The notes beneath the pieces are model-generated. The model was given only the letters and a program-made list of their open reading frames with translations. It was not told the origin of the DNA and did not search any database. A stretch of DNA of 64,000 nt from the NCBI GenBank assembly GCA_963816355.1, contig CAWFKH010000003.1:1152001-1216000 (forward strand), read 5' to 3'. The DNA is from an uncultured Gemmatimonadales bacterium (GTDB lineage Bacteria; Gemmatimonadota; Gemmatimonadetes; Longimicrobiales; RSA9). Positions within the stretch are counted from its first letter, which is position 1, and the number at the start of each line of letters is the position of its first letter. Made by a program: the position numbers and the translations under genes. Shown here in pieces: positions 35,180 through 44,907 of this stretch.

Positions 35180-36751
35180 CTAGGACGACGGCGGCGCGGG
35201 CAGCCGAGCCCGCACCGCCGCCGCGAACAGCTCGACGCCCCGGAAGAGGTTGCCCAGACGCAGGTTCTCGTTGGGCGAGTGCTGGTCGTTGTCCGGATTG
35301 ACGATCGGCAGGCCCACGAAGGTCGCGCCCAGGTATTTCGGAAAGACGAAGCCGGGCACGCTCCCTCCCATCGTCGGAATCACGACCAGGTCGTCGCCCG
35401 CCGCACCGCGCAGCGCCGCGATGATCGCCCGGGCGTCCGCGGCGTCGAGCGCGGTGCGTACGGCGGGATAGCCGCGCGACGCCGTCACGCGGGCGATGCG
35501 CGCGTGCGCGAGGCGGGTCGACGAATCGGGCTCCTCCTCGACGACGTCGTAGCCCTGGCGTCGGATGTGGTCGACGAGCCGCCGCAGCTGATCCTCGGGC
35601 TGGACGTCCGGCACGAGCCGCAGATCGAGGCTTGCAGTCGCCTCCGCCGGGATGATCGTCCGCGCCTCGCTCCCCACCCAGCCACTGCGGATCCCATCCA
35701 CGTTCAACGACGGCTGCATCACCATCTCCCAGCGGCTCCGCCCGTCCCCCTCCGGCTGCGCGATCCCGAGATCCCGGCGCTCACGCGCTTCCGCCGGCAT
35801 GCGCGCGAGCGCGGCGAACGCCGCGCGCTCCGCGGGGCCCGCCGCGACGACGTCGTCATACCAGCCGGCGATCGTGACGCAGCCGGTCGAGTCCTGCATC
35901 GAGGCGAGCAGCGCGGCCAGTCGCTCCGCCGGGTTCGGAGCCCAGTTGCCGTAATGGCCGCTGTGCAGCGGGCGGGTGGCGCCGTACACGGTGACCTGCG
36001 CGGTGACGATGCCGCGGGCGCCGAAGGTCACCGTAGGAGCGTTCGACGGGTAGACCGGCCCGTCGGCGACGAGCGCCACGTCCGCCTTCAGCAGCGCCGC
36101 GTTCCGCCGCAGCGCCTCCTCGAGGTGGGGCGACCCCGCCTCCTCCTCTCCTTCGAAGAGAAACTTCAGGTTCACCGCCGGACGCGATCCGGCGTCCTTC
36201 AGCGCGTCGAGCGCCCGGAGCATGGCGACGATCGGCGCCTTGTCGTCGGACGCCGAGCGCGCGTAGACGCGCCATTCCGCTTCGTAGCCGCCGTCGTGCG
36301 GCCACGGCAGCAGCGCCGGCGCCCGAGCCAGGGTGCCGGCGCGCAGCACGGGGTGGAAGGGCGTCGTGCCGATCCATCGGCTGCTGTCGACCGGCTGCCC
36401 GTCGTAATGGGCGTAGATCAGCATCGTGCGTGTCGCGCCCGGCACCTCGAGCGCGCCGTAGATCGCCGGGGCGCCGCCGGTCTCGATCAGCCGCGTCGCC
36501 ACGCCGCGCCGCTCCATCATTGCGCGGATGAGCGCGGCGTTCCTTCGGATGTCGGCGGAATCGGCCGCGACGTTCGGGATGGCGAGGAGGCGAACCAGCT
36601 CGCCGACGATCTCGCCGCGGTGGCCGGCGACGTACTCGTGAACGGCGGCGCTCACGTCGGACGCGGGCCGCTGGGCGCACGCGGGACGCGCCATCCCCGC
36701 GGCCGCGGCGGAGACCGCCAGCGCTGCCGCGAGGGCGCGCGACGCGCGCAA
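35180..36751 (-). CDS. Secreted M20/M25/M40-family metallopeptidase; start uncertain (TTG 36751 or GTG 36808)
   Basis: YAHYDGQP, ARSASDDK, EGEEEAGS, LHSGHYGN, GGSVP, QHSPNENL. Confidence 0.9.
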   Translation of the reverse strand: MRASRALAAALAVSAAAAGMARPACAQRPASDVSAAVHEYVAGHRGEIVGELVRLLAIPNVAADSADIRRNAALIRAMMERRGVATRLIETGGAPAIYGALEVPGATRTMLIYAHYDGQPVDSSRWIGTTPFHPVLRAGTLARAPALLPWPHDGGYEAEWRVYARSASDDKAPIVAMLRALDALKDAGSRPAVNLKFLFEGEEEAGSPHLEEALRRNAALLKADVALVADGPVYPSNAPTVTFGARGIVTAQVTVYGATRPLHSGHYGNWAPNPAERLAALLASMQDSTGCVTIAGWYDDVVAAGPAERAAFAALARMPAEARERRDLGIAQPEGDGRSRWEMVMQPSLNVDGIRSGWVGSEARTIIPAEATASLDLRLVPDVQPEDQLRRLVDHIRRQGYDVVEEEPDSSTRLAHARIARVTASRGYPAVRTALDAADARAIIAALRGAAGDDLVVIPTMGGSVPGFVFPKYLGATFVGLPIVNPDNDQHSPNENLRLGNLFRGVELFAAAVRARLPAPPSS

Positions 36752-36795
36752 CGGGGCCGGACGCGCGGGCCGCGGCGCCGCGCCCGTGCGGCGCC

Positions 36796-39307
36796 TCAGC
36801 CGCCGCACGGATCCGCGAGGTAGTCGAGGAGCGCCTGTCCGATCGGGCTGCCGGGCGGCAGGTCGAGCGCGATGGAAGGCTGCGCGAACGGCTTCGGATC
36901 CTTGAGGAATCGCTCGATCTCGTGCGCGACGAAGAACGCCTGCGCACGGTCCGCGCTGGAAGCGCCCGCGGGCGGCGTCGCGAGGCGCGCGCGCAAGCGG
37001 TCGAGCCGGAACGTGGTCTCCGCCCGCACCTCCGGCATGGGAGCGCTCGCGGCGAGGCCCATCAGCTCGGTGACGAGCGCCCAGCTCGAGGCGCGGGCGA
37101 CGGCGGCCTCGTAGGGGCTCGAGGCGCGTGCGTCGAAGGTCGCGCCGACGAGCCGGCCGATCACGTCGTCGAGACCCGGGAGAGAGGGGTCGAGCGCGTG
37201 CTGCTCGACGAGGCGCGCGGCGCGCTGCGGCTGCAGCAGCATGGAGATGGTGAAGTCCGCGGCGACCGCGGCGGGCGCGACGGCGTCGAAGGCGAGGCCG
37301 GTGTAGCGGCCGAAGAGCTCGCGGTGCGCCGGGTAGAGGTAGGGACGCGGCGGCAGCAGGTCGACGATGCGGCGCGGCAGCGCGAGGACCTCCGGCGAGA
37401 GCGTCCGCAGCAGCGCGTCGAGCGCCTCCCGTTGCTCCGCGGCGGGCACGCGCCGCATCGGGGGCTGTCCGTCGCCGCGCATCGCGTACGTGTAGTACTC
37501 GCCGCCGACGACCTTGGAGGCGGCCTCCACCTGGTATCGGTGGTGGAGGTACAGCGGGACGAGCGCCTCCTCCAGCGTCGCGACGGGCATGCCGCGGCGG
37601 ATCGCCGCGTCCCCGAAACGCCGCAGCGCGGCGCGGCGCACCTTCAGCATCCGATCGAGCTCCGCGGCGGCGCTCACGCCGTTGTCCCACAGGTGCACCT
37701 GCGGGTGGACGCTGCCGAGAGGGCGAGCGTCCTGGTCGGTCAGGAAGGTGATGCCGCGCTCACGGGCCTGCCGCAGGATCGCCGCGCGCGCCGAGTCTTC
37801 GTCGACGCCATCCGGGAAGTCGGTGTAGCCGTAGCGGATCGCGACCTTGTCCCACTCCCCGATCCCGGTGTCGTAGGCGTCGGACACGTCGATCGAGCCG
37901 TCCGCCGCCAGCTTCACGAGCGGGTGCGGATAGTCCATGACCGATGCGCGGCCCTCCGTGCTCGCGATGTAGTTGTGCGCGAGACCGAGCGTGTGGCCGG
38001 TCTCGTGCGCCGCGAGCTGGTGCAGCCGGGCGAGCGCGAGCTGGCGTACCCGCAGCGTGTCCGACTCGTCGCCCGTGTAGGGGTCGAGCAGCCCTTCCCC
38101 GATCAGGTAGTCCTGGCGCACGCGCAGCGATCCGAGCAGCACGTGACCCTTGATGATCTCGCCGGTCCGCGGATCGACCACGGAGCTGCCGTAGCTCCAG
38201 CCCCGAGTGGCGCGGTGGACCCACTCGATCACGTTGTAGCGGACGTCCATCGGATCCGCCGTGTCCGGCAGCATCTCGACGCGGAAGGCGTCTCGGTAGC
38301 CGGCAGCCTCGAACGCCTGATTCCACCACCTGGCGCCCTCCAGGAGCGCCGTCCGCATCGGCTCGGGCACGCCCGGATCGAGGTAGTAGACGATCGGCTT
38401 CACCGGCTCGCTCACCGCCGCCGTCGGATCCTTCTTCTGCAGCCGGTGATGAATGATGAAACGCTGCGTCATCGGGTGGCCGAGCGGTGCGGCGTAGTCC
38501 TCGTAGCTGATGCCGAAGTAGCCGGCGCCGGGGATGTTGCGGACCTCGTGGAAGCCCGGTGGTGGCAGCTCGACGAGCGAATGGCGCTCGCGCACCGTGA
38601 CGGCGTCCGGCGTCGGCGTGACCTCGCGTACCCAGCGACCCGGCTGCTCGCCCGCGAACGTGAGCGTGACCTCGATCTCGGTGTTCTTCGGAAACGCACG
38701 GGTCCGCGGCAGGTAGACGGCGCTGCGATCGCGATCCAGGTGGAAGGTGCCCTGATTCGTCCGCTTCAGTGCGCCCGCCACATCGTGGACGTCGCGCAGC
38801 GCGAAATCCGGTCGCGTCGACCAGCACGCGGCCGTCGCTCTCCGCGGCTACGGTGAAGCCCCATAATACGGAGGTCGCGAACGCGTCCTGGACGTCCTTC
38901 ACCTCGACCGGATTCTCCGACTCGGCGCGGTAGGCGAGGTTCGGCTGCACCAGCAGGACCCTGGGACCCACGCGGTGGAAGTGGACGACGCGCTCGTCGC
39001 CGAGCTGGGAGCGGTCGAGCCCGATGTCGTTCGAGCCGATGCCCGCCGGCAGCGACTCGATGTAGAGGAAGTCGTGGTCGAAGCGGCCGATTTCCAGCCA
39101 CAGCTTGCCGGCGGCGGAGTCCCAGTAGATCGGGACGAAGCCGTCCATCTTCACCATGCCGCGCGTCTTCTCGGCGATCGATGGCAACGGCTGCGGCTCA
39201 CCGTTCTGCGCTGCGCCCGGCCGGCGCCCCTGGCCGCGCACCGCGTGCGGCGCGGCGGCCCCAGCGACGAGCAGCCCGAGCGCCACGAGCGTCCGTGTCC
39301 GGCTCAT
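36796..39307 (-). CDS. Secreted zinc metalloprotease (metzincin, EcxA/DUF5117-DUF4953-like), broken by a +1 frameshift at about 38808-38811
   Basis: [11 protein letters not shown] motif and Met-turn SVMDYP. Removing one base joins ...VLVDAT to [16 protein letters not shown]. Confidence 0.85.
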
Positions 39308-39486
39308 GTCCATCCTCAGGTGTGCGGTTGGCGGCGTTACGGGTCGGATTCCAGGGGGCGGAAAGCTAAGCCGCGCTCCCGGACGCGGCAATCGCGGATC
39401 CGTGAAGCGGGACGTCGCCGCCCCGGGGAACGGATTCTGCGCCGGCTGGCCGGAGCCGTAAGCACGTCACCGCAACGGAGGTCTGC

Positions 39487-39924
39487 ATGCGATCGACTGC
39501 CCGCCGGGCCGCTGGCGCCCTCGCGCTCACTGCTGCCGTAGCCGTCGCCGCGGCGTCGTGTGGCACCGGGGAAAGCGGCACGCGGGAGGGCGCCGCGGAC
39601 GAAGCGCTCGAGCGCGTCGACTCCGCGACCGGCGTCACCTACGACCCCGACACGCTCGCGTGGCTGCAGGCGGGCCGCACCGTCTCCTTCCAGGACCGCC
39701 AGTGGATTCCGGAGGGTGGGCCGGTCTACCGACCCAGCGTCGTGCCGGTGGGCGACTTCGAGGGGATGCGCCTCTTCGCTCCCGCCGACGAGGCCGAGCC
39801 CTATACACGGCTCTACTTCCCCATTGGCGACGACCGATGGCAGGGTCTCGTCCCGGCCACGCCGCTGGGCGACACGACCGCGGCTCCGGCCGGCGCCGCC
39901 CCGGAGGGCGGCCCGACCCCTTGA
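39487..39924 (+). CDS. Hypothetical lipoprotein
   Basis: Basic N-terminus, hydrophobic core and lipobox-like AASC; SD GGAGG before the ATG. Confidence 0.7.
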   Translation: MRSTARRAAGALALTAAVAVAAASCGTGESGTREGAADEALERVDSATGVTYDPDTLAWLQAGRTVSFQDRQWIPEGGPVYRPSVVPVGDFEGMRLFAPADEAEPYTRLYFPIGDDRWQGLVPATPLGDTTAAPAGAAPEGGPTP

Positions 39925-39946
39925 GTCGTCGCGAGCGGCGGCACCA

Positions 39947-41203
39947 GTGAGCGGGGACCGGAAGCCGAGTCGCAGCGAGTATGCGCTCACCACCGGCGAG
40001 ATCGGAGCGGCCGCGGCGCAGACGGTGCTGGTCGTGCTCCTGCCGGTGCTGATCTCGAAATACGCCCGCTCCCAGTTCTGGATCGGCTTCGCGGTAGGGG
40101 GAGAGGGCGTCTTCGCGCTCGCCGTGCCGTTCCTCGCCGGCCTCGTCAGCGACAGGCTCCCCGGCGACGTCGCCAGACGCTTCGGACGGCGCATGGTCCT
40201 GCTCTTCTTCGCCGCGCCGCTCATGGCGGTCACCATCGCCCTGACGCCGTTCCTGTCCGGCTACTGGATCATGACCGGGGTGGCGTTCCTCTTCTTTTTC
40301 GGACTGCACGCCTACCTGACCCCGCTCTGGGCGTTGATGGCGGACGGCGTGCCGGACGAGCGCCGCGCGCAGGCGCAAGGGATGCGCGGCGTGTTTCGCG
40401 CCTCCGGCCTCGCGTACGGCCTCGTCGCCGCGGGTCTCCTGTTCGCCGTCTGGAAGCCGCTGCCGTTCCTAGTCGCCGCGCTGCTCGTCCTCGGCGCGAC
40501 GGGCGTGACGTGGTGGGCGGAGCGGAAGACGCAGGCCGACCGCGGCGAGGAGGCGCGCTCGATGTCGCGCAACGTGAACGAGATGTGGCACGCGCTGAAG
40601 GACAACCGCGCGGCCTCCTGGCTCCTCCTCGCCAACGCCCTGTGGAACGGCGCCATCGACGGGATCCGGCCCTACATCTTCCTCTTCGCCACGACCGTGA
40701 TCGGCGTCAGCGTGGCGATGACATCCGTGGGCCTGATCGCCCTCATCCTCGGAATCGCCATCGGCTCGTGGGTGCTCGGCAAGCTCGGCGACCGCCACGA
40801 CCGCGGTCGGCTGCTCGAATGGGGCGTCGCGCTGACCACGCTCGCCCTGCTCGGCGGCTTCTTCGCGCGGGGCATCTTCTCGGCCATGGTCGTGCTCCTC
40901 CTCGGCGGCCTCGGCGCCGCCTCGATCATCACCCTGCCGTACCCGCTCTTCGCCAGCCTGATGGGAGAGGAAGCCACGGGGCAGTACACCGGCACCTACA
41001 TCGTCAGCGTGGGCTTCGGCCGTATCTTCGCGCCGATGCTGGTCGGCGCGACGATCGACCTGGGCAAGGGCGTCCTCGACGCGAAGTACCACGGATACCC
41101 GTTCATGTGGATCACCGCCGGCGTCCTCGCCGGCCTCGGCTGGCTCGCACTCTACCGCTCGAAGCGGAAGAAGGACTCCTGGCAGCACGTGGACGGCGGC
41201 TGA
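39947..41203 (+). CDS. MFS transporter
   Basis: About 12 hydrophobic segments; motif A variants GLVSDRL...RFGRR and GKLGDRHDRG. Confidence 0.9.
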   Translation: MSGDRKPSRSEYALTTGEIGAAAAQTVLVVLLPVLISKYARSQFWIGFAVGGEGVFALAVPFLAGLVSDRLPGDVARRFGRRMVLLFFAAPLMAVTIALTPFLSGYWIMTGVAFLFFFGLHAYLTPLWALMADGVPDERRAQAQGMRGVFRASGLAYGLVAAGLLFAVWKPLPFLVAALLVLGATGVTWWAERKTQADRGEEARSMSRNVNEMWHALKDNRAASWLLLANALWNGAIDGIRPYIFLFATTVIGVSVAMTSVGLIALILGIAIGSWVLGKLGDRHDRGRLLEWGVALTTLALLGGFFARGIFSAMVVLLLGGLGAASIITLPYPLFASLMGEEATGQYTGTYIVSVGFGRIFAPMLVGATIDLGKGVLDAKYHGYPFMWITAGVLAGLGWLALYRSKRKKDSWQHVDGG

Positions 41204-41237
41204 GCGCCCTTCGAACCAGCAGGGACGGGGACCACGA

Positions 41238-42071
41238 TCAGCGGCCGAGAACCTTGCGGCCGAGGATCGTCGCGCCGATGGCGAGCAGGATGTAGGCGGC
41301 GACGATGTGCAACGTGACCACCGCCTGGGCCGCCGGCCCGTTGCATGGCACGATCTCCCCGTAACCGACCGTCGCCGTGGTCACCACGCAGTAGTAGGCA
41401 GCGGTCAGGAACGGAGTCCACCCGTGCGCCGCGCACAGCAGGCCCCGGCGGTGGAGCCATTCGTAGAGGAGCGTGAAGAGGACGACGAAACCGAGTACCC
41501 AGAGGAGCCAGGCCCGCGGACTCGTGCCGTAGCCGCTCGTCCATTTCCACACCGACAGGAGCGGCTTTCCCACCCTGGCTTTGCGGCGCCGCGCTTCCCA
41601 CTCGAGGACGTGCATCTCGTCCGAGCGATCCGTCTCTCCGATCTCCGCGTAACACATCTTCGCGCGGGCGAGCGACCGGATGCCGAAGGCGTCCGGCGAG
41701 CCGCCGTCGTCACTCGCGATGCCCGCCCGGCGGTACGCGTCCGCGGCGCGGTTCATCTGGCCGCTGTCGCGAAAAGCATGGCCGGCGAAATGAAAGAGCT
41801 GCGCGGGCCGCACCGCCCCCTTCGCGCCCGCCAGCTCGATGGCGGGCGATTCAGAGAGCCGGATCCCCAGCGCCAGATAGACGTAGGCGGCCTCGTGCAG
41901 GTCCGCCGCGCTGCCGAGCCGCTTCTCGTCAGCCTGCGCCAGCGCCGCCGAAGCACTCGCGCTGTCCTGGATCGCGGCGTAGGCGGCAATGAGGGTCCGG
42001 TTGCCTCGGGGATCGGTGACCCCGGGACGCCGCGCGACCTCCCGCCGCAGCGCTTCGAAGCTCACTCGCAT
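41238..42071 (-). CDS. Two-TM potassium-channel-family protein with a helical N-terminal domain
   Basis: Pore helix and filter AAYYCVVTTATVGYGEIVP flanked by two TM segments; SD GGAGG before the ATG at 42071. Confidence 0.8.
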   Translation of the reverse strand: MRVSFEALRREVARRPGVTDPRGNRTLIAAYAAIQDSASASAALAQADEKRLGSAADLHEAAYVYLALGIRLSESPAIELAGAKGAVRPAQLFHFAGHAFRDSGQMNRAADAYRRAGIASDDGGSPDAFGIRSLARAKMCYAEIGETDRSDEMHVLEWEARRRKARVGKPLLSVWKWTSGYGTSPRAWLLWVLGFVVLFTLLYEWLHRRGLLCAAHGWTPFLTAAYYCVVTTATVGYGEIVPCNGPAAQAVVTLHIVAAYILLAIGATILGRKVLGR

Positions 42072-42135
42072 CGGCCGGCCTCCGCGAGAGGTTGGATCCT
42101 GCATGTGCACGTCACCGCACGGCGCCTCCGGCGCG

Positions 42136-42164
42136 TTGCCACGCCGCCGGCCGCGCCGTACCAT
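42136..42164 (+). promoter_or_regulatory. Putative sigma70 promoter for folD
   Basis: TTGCCA-17 nt-TACCAT. Confidence 0.6.
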
Positions 42165-42208
42165 GGCGGCGGAATCGGTCCGCTTCAAGCTTCGCGAGGA
42201 TGTCACGC

Positions 42209-43076
42209 ATGTCCGGAGTCGTCCTGGATGGGAAGGCGCTCGCGCGCGAGATCGAGGCGCAGCTCGCCAGCCGCGTCGAGCGCCTGAAGGCACGGAACGG
42301 GGGCCGCACGCCGATCCTCGCGACCATCCTGGTCGGGCGAGGACCCCGCCTCCGCCACCTACGTCCGCATGAAGGGCAACGCCTGCCGCCGCGTCGGCAT
42401 GGACTCGCGCCAGGTGCTGCTCCCCGAGGCGACCACCACCGCCGAGCTGCTCGCGGCGATCGACGCGCTCAACGCCGACCCGCACGTACACGGCATCCTG
42501 CTCCAGCACCCGGTCCCCGCCGGGATCGACGAGCGCGCCGCCTTCGACCGCATCGATCTCGCGAAGGACGTCGACGGCGTCACCGCCCTCGGCTTCGGCC
42601 GCATGAGCCTGGGCGAGAGCGCCTACGGCTCCGCCACGCCCGGCGGCATCATGCGGCTGCTGGAGCAGTACGAGATCTCCCTCTCCGGCTTGGACGCCGT
42701 CGTCGTCGGCCGCAGTCCGATCCTCGGCAAGCCGATGGCGATGATGCTCCTCAACGCCAACGCCACCGTCACCGTCTGCCACTCCCGCACCCGCGACCTG
42801 CCGGAGAAGGTCCGCCGCGCCGATCTCGTGGTGGGCGCCCTCGGCCGGCCGGAGTTCATCCGCGGCGAATGGATCCGCGACGGCGCCGTCGTCGTCGACG
42901 CCGGCTACCATCCCGGCGGCATCGGCGATGTCGAGCTGGACGCGGTCAGGGAGCGCGTCGCCGCCTTTACGCCGGTCCCCGGCGGCGTCGGTCCCATGAC
43001 GATCGCCACCCTCATCGCGCAGACGGTGGAGGCGGCGGAGAAGGCGGCGGAGAAGGCCACCGAAGAGGGGAACTGA
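42209..43076 (+). CDS. folD: Bifunctional methylenetetrahydrofolate dehydrogenase/cyclohydrolase, +1 frameshift at about 42335-42337
   Basis: LDGKALA...ILVG then (one G removed) [41 protein letters not shown]. Confidence 0.95.
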
Positions 43077-43078
43077 AG

Positions 43079-43161
43079 TGCCGGGGGCGGGGGTCGAACC
43101 CGCACGGGCCGAAGCCCGGGAGATTTTGAGTCTCCTGCGTCTGCCGTTCCGCCACCCCGGC
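43079..43161 (-). tRNA. tRNA-Leu (anticodon CAA), CCA end not encoded
   Basis: GCCGGGGTGGCGGAACGGCAGACGCAGGAGACTCAAAATCTCCCGGGCTTCGGCCCGTGCGGGTTCGACCCCCGCCCCCGGCA: acceptor stem, long variable arm, GTTCGA T-loop, discriminator A. Confidence 0.96.
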
Positions 43162-43265
43162 CGGTGCGGCCGAATGATAACCCACACGGGCGAGGGGTTC
43201 CAGAACCGGGTCGGCGGTCGCGTCGCGCGGCCACTGACCGGACGGGTCTCCGCGCAACGGTCCCG

Positions 43266-44014
43266 CTACAGTCGCAGGAGCTGGCAGGCGTAGTAGGCGC
43301 GGCGGATGGCGAGCGCGAAATCGCCGGCGTCGATCGCTTCTTGCGCCCCGCGCAGCAGTCGCTCGGCGCGCCGCACTGACTCGTCCCCGTCGCGCGCCGA
43401 GCCGGCGGCGGACCGCGCATCGAGCGTGCCGTGCGCGTTCGCGATCAGGCGCTGCGCCACCGCCGCGGGGGTGGCGCGGTAGACGAGGTCCGCGGCGGCC
43501 ATCGTCGCCCCGATCTGGCCCGCGACGTCTCCGGCGGCCCGGCGCTGCGTCGCCGTCGCGAGATCCTCGCGCGCCTCCGAGAGCACGTCCCGGATGTCCG
43601 CCATGTCCGGCGAGGCGGTCGAGAGGCCGATGCCGACCCAGAAGGAGAGGCGGGAGGTGAACTCCTCGAGTGCCCGCTCCGTGAAGACGGACGCGAGCAC
43701 GGGCGCGGCAATGGCGCGCGCGCGCACCCGCTCCGCCTCGGCGGCCGCCGAATCGAGCTGCAGCGGCGCCGCGGCCCACGTAGCCAGCGCGTTCATCAGC
43801 CGCTCCCGCTGCGCCGCTCCGGGCGCCTGCGGCCCCGTCTCGCCCGAGCGCCCGCGTCACCAGCGTCGGCAGCGTGGGAAGCAGCGACTCGACGTTGAGC
43901 GCGGGCGCGGTCTCCTGCGTCGTGAAGATCGCGACCGGATCCTGCGCGTCCCCGCACGCGGCGCTCGCACCGAAGCGCGGCGGCGAGGAGGAAGGCGAGG
44001 CGCAGTCGTCGCAT
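43266..44014 (-). CDS. Hypothetical helical lipoprotein, apparently broken by two +1 frameshifts (about 43973 and 43844)
   Basis: Removing two bases gives one frame: MRRLRLAFLLAAALGASAACGDAQDPVAIFTTQETAPAL...TRALGETGPQAPGAAQRERLMNALATW...AIRRAYYACQLLRL, with lipobox-like SAAC. Confidence 0.6.
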
Positions 44015-44150
44015 CGAAGATCCCGTTGAAGACGTGGAAACCCCTGTATAGGAAGCTATTTCTGAGGCGTACGCCGGGCAAGCTCCCGGGGCCGCGGATG
44101 CGCCCCTCCGCACCCCGCTCCGACGCGCGCCGCGGGCGGGTCGGGCTCGC

Positions 44151-44198
44151 TTGACCCGCGGGCCGCCAGCGGTCTAGGTTGCCGGGTCGGACGTCCGA
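44151..44198 (+). promoter_or_regulatory. Putative sigma70 promoter followed by a 12-bp palindrome (candidate TetR operator)
   Basis: TTGACC-18 nt-TAGGTT (44151-44180); TCGGACGTCCGA at 44187-44198. Confidence 0.5.
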
Positions 44199-44218
44199 AC
44201 GAGCGGCGCGGAGGCGGT

Positions 44219-44873
44219 GTGCCCGGAACACGAACGGCTTACGACGAGAAGCTCGAGCACATTCTGCGGGGAGCGGCGCAGGTCTTCGCGGCGAAGGGGT
44301 ACCACCAGGCGTCGATCCGGGACATCAGCCGCGAGACGGGGGTAAGCCTGTCGGGGCTGTACTATTACGTGGACAGCAAGGAGGCGTTGCTCTTCGAGAT
44401 CCAGCACCGCGCGTTCGAGACGGTGCTGGCGAGCGCGGCGGCGCGGCTGGATGGCGTGACGGACCCGGAGCGGCGGCTGCGCGTCTTCATCGAGAACCAC
44501 CTCGACTTCTTCCTGAGCAACATGGAGGAGATGAAGGTGCTCTCGCACGAGGCGGAGTCGCTGACCGGCGGGGCGCGTGAGCGGGTGCAGGCGGTGAAGC
44601 GGCGCTACACGGATCTGTGCGCGGGCCTGGTCGAGGCGGTGGCGCCGGGCGGGGCCGGTCGTCGATGGTCGCGTGGCGACCTTCTCGCTCTTCGGCATGA
44701 TGAACTGGATCTACAATTGGTACAGGCCGGGACGCGACGTTCCGGTCGCGGAGCTGGCGGCGGGGATGAGCCAGCTCTTTTTGCGGGGTCTGACGCGGAG
44801 CGGCGCGACGACGTCGTCCGCGGAGATCGACGGGGGCCGATCGGGGCCGGCGCGGCCACCGATCCGGCGATGA
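44219..44873 (+). CDS. TetR/AcrR-family regulator (PaaR/KstR2-like C-terminus), +1 frameshift at about 44651-44654
   Basis: HTH AAQVFAAKGYHQASIRDIS...GLYYYVDSKEALL. Removing one G joins it to VATFSLFGMMNWIYNWYRP. Confidence 0.88.
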
Positions 44874-44907
44874 CATACACGCGCAGCTCGGGAATACGGA
44901 GGGACGA

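Noticed and set aside
42072..42208. Possible ZTP or THF riboswitch upstream of folD
   Set aside because: The predicted promoter leaves only about 40 nt of leader and I recognised no aptamer motifs.
41238..43161. Possible integrative island at tRNA-Leu
   Set aside because: No integrase is present, I saw no duplicated tRNA 3' end by eye, and the core gene folD abuts the tRNA.
38808..44654. Programmed ribosomal frameshifting or true pseudogenes
   Set aside because: There are no slippery heptamers, and all five breaks are +1 run extensions clustered in one segment. Sequencing error is the simpler explanation.
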